Of a DNA stretch of 64,000 nucleotides, positions 59,001-64,000 are shown piece after piece. The translations under genes and the position numbers were made by a program. Under the pieces are notes generated by a model. The model ran no database searches. It was not told the DNA's origin and saw only the letters and a list, made by a program, of their open reading frames with translations. The stretch's first letter is position 1; each line of letters starts with the position of its first letter. The stretch lies in IMG/VR virus record IMGVR_UViG_3300032278_000002, positions 1-64,000 of that record, one strand, 5' to 3'. The stretch is from a virus.

Positions 59001-59826
59001 CCACTCGACCTGCGACCACGTTACCGTGGATATTATCCAAGACCGCGTCTTGGATGCCTCCCTCTCCGTGGTAAGGATCTCCGTTATATCTATCCGAATA
59101 GAGGAACCAGAAATCGTCGTAACTGGAGTGCCACATCCCATATGCGCAGTCTCCCGACGGCATGTCGTCGGTGTCCACATATTGGGAGTTCCACCCTATG
59201 CACTGAGATACATTACCACAGCGGGTAGCGTTAACTTGTTGATCGGAGGCTTCGCTTACCGCGGTTGCCCAAAAAGTCCCGTATTCGTTGTTGATGATCC
59301 GCACTTCGCAGTCGTCACCACACTCCCCTAACTTCAACACGTTGCTGTAATAAGTTCTCCAGTAATCAGACCCCGTTGATTTCCGATAAGGCGCCCCACT
59401 GTCTTCGTCGATGCCCCAGCCGGCCGGCGGCTTTCTAGGAAAGGTCAGCATTTCGGTGTCTTCTACCCACGGGCCCCACTCGTCGTCTACTTTACATCTC
59501 CTCTTTATTTTAAGGGGAAGGCAAAAATCCCGGGCTTCCGCATATGTGTGAAATTCATTGACGCCGTCTCCGTCATTGTCGTGGATATACTCACTCATCG
59601 AGATAGAGGAACCTGTGTCCGAAGAGGAGTCCTCGGAGCATCCGGCCCCTCCGGTGCAAGGAACATAGTCGCTCGTATCCTGCGCCAAGATAGTCGCGGA
59701 ATCCGGTCCCTCCCCGTCGCAACTCCCCGAGGGGTCGGTCATGAGGGGTTCCATCACAATCATGCCGAAATACCGGCGATGAATGACTATCTTCCCCCGG
59801 ATCTCACATATATTTGTATTTTTCAT
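56062..59826 (-). CDS. Large acidic Cys-rich multidomain protein, probably virion-exposed
   Basis: 1254 aa, about 40 Cys, Pro-rich linkers, C-terminal LTNGEF...GWTV region resembling carbohydrate-binding modules. Confidence 0.7.
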   Translation of the reverse strand: MKNTNICEIRGKIVIHRRYFGMIVMEPLMTDPSGSCDGEGPDSATILAQDTSDYVPCTGGAGCSEDSSSDTGSSISMSEYIHDNDGDGVNEFHTYAEARDFCLPLKIKRRCKVDDEWGPWVEDTEMLTFPRKPPAGWGIDEDSGAPYRKSTGSDYWRTYYSNVLKLGECGDDCEVRIINNEYGTFWATAVSEASDQQVNATRCGNVSQCIGWNSQYVDTDDMPSGDCAYGMWHSSYDDFWFLYSDRYNGDPYHGEGGIQDAVLDNIHGNVVAGRVGIENAWPEGRRGSCYRAPAQFGGSVGGGGASHRPMGAGHVKFVLQTDVCDCDNPDPDDDDLTYVPIIPYPGENVWPVPLNDGYTVPSGGLPEGQVVYFVTGDPDEVSHPDDCGRITYWVVETAIPAGVIIPEPTANGQTWDTIDELVDLCVQTTAQAASLGLPCNTIRRCLHPLEYDGCRYDPGTCVRLPGLPGEWTLVDYRVCATTIAESSKKELILEGADNMVAIEGCYWSVRLKEDVDGAVDPENDNECVASWGHRRFSYAGLGCSMRDANGDLEPWCSNGEGQVFIPTDSDGLSYSVELVGPFDTHFAAGSLNPYSDWVGLMEMMLNNGSTTDVPLYGATLPYLPSWAAVKWAEYESGTITFAEFKTFWNDFTTAHPGAERGSNAVFKGSCTEDACEESTESGSDVPGMDGWKWIKSDGVWDVTYNGASAAGQTVYYAAETLTANGWVMSQKSGTIQSFGFEKGASSDADRTYGPTNFLVNGDEWVSLDIWDFQDTEVFHPWSFGASWLDDWDPPMASPTGAETDEHPTRVDCDSGLWDHGDCESATHGIFTLNCDAGSLEAGVVAIEELSRIVGIGEIYQNSLITAGGQPDNDLWECPASCTVMGDPVGSPPEPPIPTPVGEDEDEDPVCVDQPCPPGWVWDGSCCYELNDGDCTPGVDCAEEELIDPPVDPPDPPDPGTPPPIECDGTTAVPEDAFTVTGTGGASVATLGCLEFTAQHHTCVYLDYLAFSECDAIIVTIENLSNFPQYREGAWILVQNVAEIVTGVYPIKDVTDHSFTIAARRNGRTPLSGEPIQPGIGNSANSFHVMDFTSNVLTNGEFMETSGAFAGWTVDNTVSLDHLDMADGKFATGGWGNSGTIPPDYDPIIAQQDVYLDQTKTYEIQFVGDATVYANTDISGTLSDDSAFTLASGASWSSNVGTIDGTPVTMADDEWPLITVPVSGTYTIYVRSYSDAPSSPSPYAYYLDRIHISEC

Positions 59827-60170
59827 TAGTCCACCTTCACGGTACCGGTAAGTTCTATCTCGGCTTCTGGGTTCTTAAGTTGTTGGCCGGGAGCTATATA
59901 CCCATTGTTGGAGACAAATCCTCCCTCTGACGCTAGGTTCGTTTCGGCAACGGTGTCCAATCCAGCGGAAGCGAGTAGCTGCAATAATTCTTTCCTCAAG
60001 TGGTTCTGGAAAAACGAATTCTTTGTAAAAGCTGTCACGAAATCCGCGTCGGTCCCTATGTAGTCTATCAAGCTGGAGAGGGTTACTCGCTGAGATTCCC
60101 CCTCTGCGTTAACGACGATTAGTGTGTCCCCGCTTTTGGCGAGGTCGAGTGGTAGCTCTGATAATTTCAT
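59826..60170 (-). CDS. Hypothetical structural protein
   Basis: MKLSELPL...SGDTLIVV; coupled on both sides. Confidence 0.65.
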   Translation of the reverse strand: MKLSELPLDLAKSGDTLIVVNAEGESQRVTLSSLIDYIGTDADFVTAFTKNSFFQNHLRKELLQLLASAGLDTVAETNLASEGGFVSNNGYIAPGQQLKNPEAEIELTGTVKVD

Positions 60171-60415
60171 TTTCCTTTAGCCTTCCCTTTTTTGCCTTTT
60201 CTCCAGCCCCGGTTCTTCTTAACCGATACACATTTCAAATTTGATTTTTTATTATTGCGTGGATTACGATCTTTATGGTCAACTTCCTTACCCTTCGGAC
60301 ATTTTTTACTACGGTTCGCTTTTTTGCGAGCATCGTTTCTTCTCCGTTGCGCCGGCTTTGACTGGTAGTCGCGGTACTCCTTCTTATAATTGCGCTTTCT
60401 CTTTTTCTTAGGCAT
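60167..60415 (-). CDS. Small basic HNH-motif protein
   Basis: EVDHKDRNPRNNKKSNLKCVSVKKNR. Confidence 0.8.
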   Translation of the reverse strand: MPKKKRKRNYKKEYRDYQSKPAQRRRNDARKKANRSKKCPKGKEVDHKDRNPRNNKKSNLKCVSVKKNRGWRKGKKGKAKGK

Positions 60416-60416
60416 C

Positions 60417-63400
60417 TTATCTTTCGTAGCTTGTTATTAACTTGTCGTATTTATCAAATAGCCTCATGGCGTCTTGAACGCTTTCCCGGCCACCACTGGG
60501 CATGATGGAGAACAGTCGCCGAAGTTCCTTATCGTTGGGCTTTGACCTAAACACGTTATTCAAAGGGTGTCTGGACCTCCATGATCGTCTCACCGCTTTA
60601 TCTTCCTCATCGTAAAATTCTTTGGATCTCCGCAAAGCCTCAACGTAGAACTCCCTGAAATCCTCTCGATTGTCTTCCATTGCAGCCCGTAACATCAACG
60701 ACGTATAATAAGATTGTTCGGTAGGCATACCTTGAATGGGGGCCCTAACTTCCAATCCCAGCTGTTCACCAGCTGCTTGAAGATATCTTTTTGCGTTTAA
60801 TTTTCGGGTGACGGCAAATTCCGTGGGGGATATGGGAGGTAAACCTAAGTCCGTGCCAAGCTTGTTGGCTATTTGAAGAAACTGTATAGCACCAGACATC
60901 CCCGGAGTTCCTCTAGTTACAGTTTGCCAGTCCACTCCTCCTTGCAACCACGTCCTTCTCACGGAGGTAACGAAGTTATCAAGCATCGAAGCTACGAAAA
61001 TCCTTTCCATCGCCACCCCGCGCCCAACGCCCATTTTAGGATCCGTCCAATTCAGGGCCATGTGCATCATGGACCCAATCAAACCAAGTTGTCCTGTCCT
61101 ATCCACGTCTTCGACTAAAGCTTGGAAATTTTTATATGCACCCAAACGCGTGGAATATTGACGGGCGTACGGGGCTTTCCCGCGAAGCTTTCGATCAAAT
61201 TCGTCTAGCATAAAGGCCCACACAAGGGTTACGGGAAGGGAAGCCAAGGCCAAGTTCAACGCAAAGTGGCCCCACATGGCCTTTTCTTGAGCATCTCGAG
61301 AAGTATCCACGACACGTTGAGTTTGAGAAAAAGACCATCCCGTTATAATGCCAGCCAAACGCCCCACCTCATTGCCTTTGGTCCACCCCGGGCGTGTGTT
61401 TATGTTGGAATCCAAAGTCATTTCTCCTTGGGACATCAATACCATTCCCCTTAACATGGTCGCGTCGAGGATACCTTCTCCCATTTCATTGCGGCGGACC
61501 ATGTCCCTAGCGACTTCGTCTATTGTTTTTCCTAAATATTCCAAACTTTTTATGGCTATGAACTTCATCCCTCGATCGTTCTTTCCAAATAATTTTTTAA
61601 GTAACTTAGGATTATCTATGACGGAAAACGACGGATTATTCATGACTGCTGGGTTGACTCGAAAGTATTCAGCCAAGGTTCTCGCACTTTCCACGTAAAC
61701 TTTCATAAGTCCCACTGCATTACCGAGAGTGGTGGCTTTTGACCATACTTTGAACCCGTTCCAAGGCATCATGAGGTTCCCTTTGCTGAGTCTTTTCCCC
61801 ACGGTTCTGAAAAATCTCTGCCAATTAATGCCGAACTTGTTTTTGTTTTGATATGCAAACCGGTAACCGACGTCCGCCATGGCGTATTCATCCCAATTCA
61901 AGTTTTCGAATTGGGTTTGGTAAATAAGGTCTTTCATGTACTGCTCTTCCTTGGACAGCGTGGCAATATCCATGGCAAACACTTTCCCCCAGTCGTTGAT
62001 TACGCTTTTCCCAGAGGTTTTGAAAGATTGGCTCAAAGCTTTTCGGGATTCTTTCGTCCATCCGCCCATGAAAAACGGCATTACTGTCTGGCCCTGACTT
62101 TGCACAAGCCAAGAGCGAGGCCCGGCTAACACTCCCTGTACTATTAACCCCAAACCTTCTATAAAGCCCGGGATGTCCGCCATCTCCCCCTGCCCCGAAT
62201 TATAAACCTTGTTAAGAACACTCCGTATGCCGTCATTCTTATCCACAAGTTGTCGAGCAAATTTCATATATGCGTAGTGCTCCGAGCTGTTTTCCCCGAA
62301 CTCAAGGTCAATTTTCCGCTGCCGGCGCTGGATTTCCGCTTGTAGTTTAGCGAATAGCCGGTTGCCTTCCTGCGCGTCGCGCCCGAAGGCTTTAGTTATT
62401 GCCAGTTTTTTCACTGACATCAAAGTGCCTACCTCGTCTCTCGGCACCAAGTCGTAATATTTTCTGGGAATGTAAGGGTTCGTGCGGGCGTCAATGATGA
62501 AATGTCCGGCCCCGGGGTTGAATATATTGGGGTCTTCCGTCATTTCAGCATTTATCTTCAACTTCCTCATGTCGAGGAACTGCTTTCGAATTTTCCCGTA
62601 AACTGTTTCCCTGCGTTCATTCAATGGGATTTCCTCGAAAGTGGAATCTTGTTCGGAAAGCAAAGCCACTAGATCCAAAAACATCATTAACTGGTCCCCG
62701 CCAACTTGTGCTTCCGGGGATAGCTTTCCATAATTTTCTCCTATCATGTTGTCCCACAAACCCCTCAAGGAGGATATGCCGGTGGGGTCCAAGGGCTCTC
62801 CGTGTTTGTTCAAAATCTTTTCCATCAAAAATTCTTCCACGGGAATTACCATATTCCCCTTATCGGGGTTGGAATCATCCGCTGGCACGGTCACGGTTCC
62901 ATGAAAATTAATTCGCCCGAAGGGTAAAAGGAACTCGAACTCGGTGAACAGGGGTTCAATTAAAAGATCTATGACGTCTTGAGTAAACTTTTGAGCTAAG
63001 TTTGGGTCTGTTAGGAGATACTCCACTCCCTCGAGCAAGGCAGTGGTAAAGGGCTCTGACTCAGTTTCTACTCCATCCACTTTGGTAAGTTGCTCGTAAT
63101 CATGGAATATATCCATTCTCTTGAGCCTGAGCGGTGTGGTATTCCACCCTTTCTCCACGGCACGCCCATGAAGCATTTTCTGTTGCCCCGTAATCGGATC
63201 AAAAGTACGACTTCCTTTTCTAGCTACGCCTAGCCCCAGTTCGTCCCGAATTGAATTATACCACTTGCCATTGGCACCGTCCACGTGCAGGAGGTTCAGT
63301 AAAGCCACTTTGAACACTTCTACGTTTGCCCCTTTTCTTTGTACGGGAACTCTCCAGAACTCTTCGGCTACTTCCAACCCGGCTTCGTCGGACTCTACGT

Positions 63401-64000
63401 GCGGAGAACGATTCAATTGTATGGCCAAGGGGCGGTATATGTCGTTATGGAATCCCACGTGGTCGTTACCATACCCGGCCGCATGGGCTGCGCGACGAAA
63501 AGCCTTGCTCATTTTGGACGCCCATACCTTGGCTTCAGTCGAATATTTTAACATTACGTCGGTATACACGCGTAAGCGGCGAGCAAGTTCCCATCCAAAC
63601 ACAGACCCCGTTCTTTTCAACCGGTCAATGGGGGCTTCGAAGGCTCGCCCAATACCTTCCCAGAAGCCGGCGCTGCGAACTTCAAATAGATTTTTACGCA
63701 GGTTGAGTGCGAACAACTTATCGAACATAGCTTGAACCTGTCGGTACAGGGCCGTGCTCTTCTGATCCATGTTCTCAGATAGCCAAGCTTTCAAATACGA
63801 CACGTGTTTGAGGAACCTCGTACGCGCGGCTTCTTCCCGAAGGTCCATGTCGGCAATGGCTAAATGGGCCAGCTTAAATGGTTCGCGTTTTTTCTGATGC
63901 CGATGCTCCATTCGTTTTTCAAGGATTTCTATCTTAGAAGGCAACGGCACCCACTTTTCCTCCCCATCTTCATTGGGGTTGCTTAATATCAACGGGAGGC
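60417..64000 (-). CDS. Partial very large helical protein (starts beyond right edge), probable internal virion/ejection protein
   Basis: Over 1190 aa; frame is open to the window edge; function inferred from size and composition. Confidence 0.6.
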   Translation of the reverse strand, partial: LPLILSNPNEDGEEKWVPLPSKIEILEKRMEHRHQKKREPFKLAHLAIADMDLREEAARTRFLKHVSYLKAWLSENMDQKSTALYRQVQAMFDKLFALNLRKNLFEVRSAGFWEGIGRAFEAPIDRLKRTGSVFGWELARRLRVYTDVMLKYSTEAKVWASKMSKAFRRAAHAAGYGNDHVGFHNDIYRPLAIQLNRSPHVESDEAGLEVAEEFWRVPVQRKGANVEVFKVALLNLLHVDGANGKWYNSIRDELGLGVARKGSRTFDPITGQQKMLHGRAVEKGWNTTPLRLKRMDIFHDYEQLTKVDGVETESEPFTTALLEGVEYLLTDPNLAQKFTQDVIDLLIEPLFTEFEFLLPFGRINFHGTVTVPADDSNPDKGNMVIPVEEFLMEKILNKHGEPLDPTGISSLRGLWDNMIGENYGKLSPEAQVGGDQLMMFLDLVALLSEQDSTFEEIPLNERRETVYGKIRKQFLDMRKLKINAEMTEDPNIFNPGAGHFIIDARTNPYIPRKYYDLVPRDEVGTLMSVKKLAITKAFGRDAQEGNRLFAKLQAEIQRRQRKIDLEFGENSSEHYAYMKFARQLVDKNDGIRSVLNKVYNSGQGEMADIPGFIEGLGLIVQGVLAGPRSWLVQSQGQTVMPFFMGGWTKESRKALSQSFKTSGKSVINDWGKVFAMDIATLSKEEQYMKDLIYQTQFENLNWDEYAMADVGYRFAYQNKNKFGINWQRFFRTVGKRLSKGNLMMPWNGFKVWSKATTLGNAVGLMKVYVESARTLAEYFRVNPAVMNNPSFSVIDNPKLLKKLFGKNDRGMKFIAIKSLEYLGKTIDEVARDMVRRNEMGEGILDATMLRGMVLMSQGEMTLDSNINTRPGWTKGNEVGRLAGIITGWSFSQTQRVVDTSRDAQEKAMWGHFALNLALASLPVTLVWAFMLDEFDRKLRGKAPYARQYSTRLGAYKNFQALVEDVDRTGQLGLIGSMMHMALNWTDPKMGVGRGVAMERIFVASMLDNFVTSVRRTWLQGGVDWQTVTRGTPGMSGAIQFLQIANKLGTDLGLPPISPTEFAVTRKLNAKRYLQAAGEQLGLEVRAPIQGMPTEQSYYTSLMLRAAMEDNREDFREFYVEALRRSKEFYDEEDKAVRRSWRSRHPLNNVFRSKPNDKELRRLFSIMPSGGRESVQDAMRLFDKYDKLITSYER

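Larger units (their letters stand above)
1..64000. mobile_element. Tailed dsDNA bacteriophage genome segment, podovirus-like, encoding a tyrosine recombinase
   Basis: Terminase, portal, scaffold, capsid and tail-fibre genes, phage PolA/primase/helicase module, dense overlapping genes, no host housekeeping genes. Confidence 0.97.

Noticed and set aside
1-64000. Alternative genetic code or stop-codon recoding
   Set aside because: Standard-code ORFs tile the window densely and all three stop codons end genes

Overview
The window is a 64-kb stretch of a tailed dsDNA phage genome (Caudoviricetes, podovirus-like: no tape-measure or sheath gene recognised). Both end ORFs run off the window, so the genome is larger. 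No host housekeeping genes, rRNA, tRNA or CRISPR array were found, and the host cannot be assigned from sequence alone. Layout: 1-21.3 kb (-) virion and packaging genes (ejection-like proteins, tail collar/fibres, 605-aa major capsid, scaffold, portal, terminase). 21.3-29.9 kb (-) replication (SF2 helicase, primase plus P-loop helicase, family A DNA polymerase, SSB-like protein, PD-(D/E)XK exonuclease). 30.0-31.3 kb (+) RHH regulator, RuvC-like resolvase, DUF1599. 31.5-31.8 kb an ATGACATG palindrome/iteron cluster (candidate origin). 32.3-50.4 kb (+) an 18-kb accessory block: ORFans, a ~1060-aa unknown protein, MoxR-like AAA+ / metallopeptidase-vWA / DUF3150-like genes, a ligase-like nucleotidyltransferase, an SNF2 helicase, a tyrosine recombinase and a CCHC zinc-knuckle protein. 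50.6-54.4 kb (-) five glycan-modifying genes including a Stealth protein and a sulfotransferase. 54.4-64 kb (-) nuclease, small membrane proteins, a lipoprotein, a Cys-rich 1254-aa protein and a large partial virion protein. The most notable unexplained signals are a strand-polarised (G)CCTGTGGAC(AT) motif through the accessory block, a 17-bp inverted repeat bracketing that block, and a self-contained promoter-hairpin-terminator small-RNA unit at 50.45-50.56 kb. All functional calls come from motifs recognised by eye; no searches were run.
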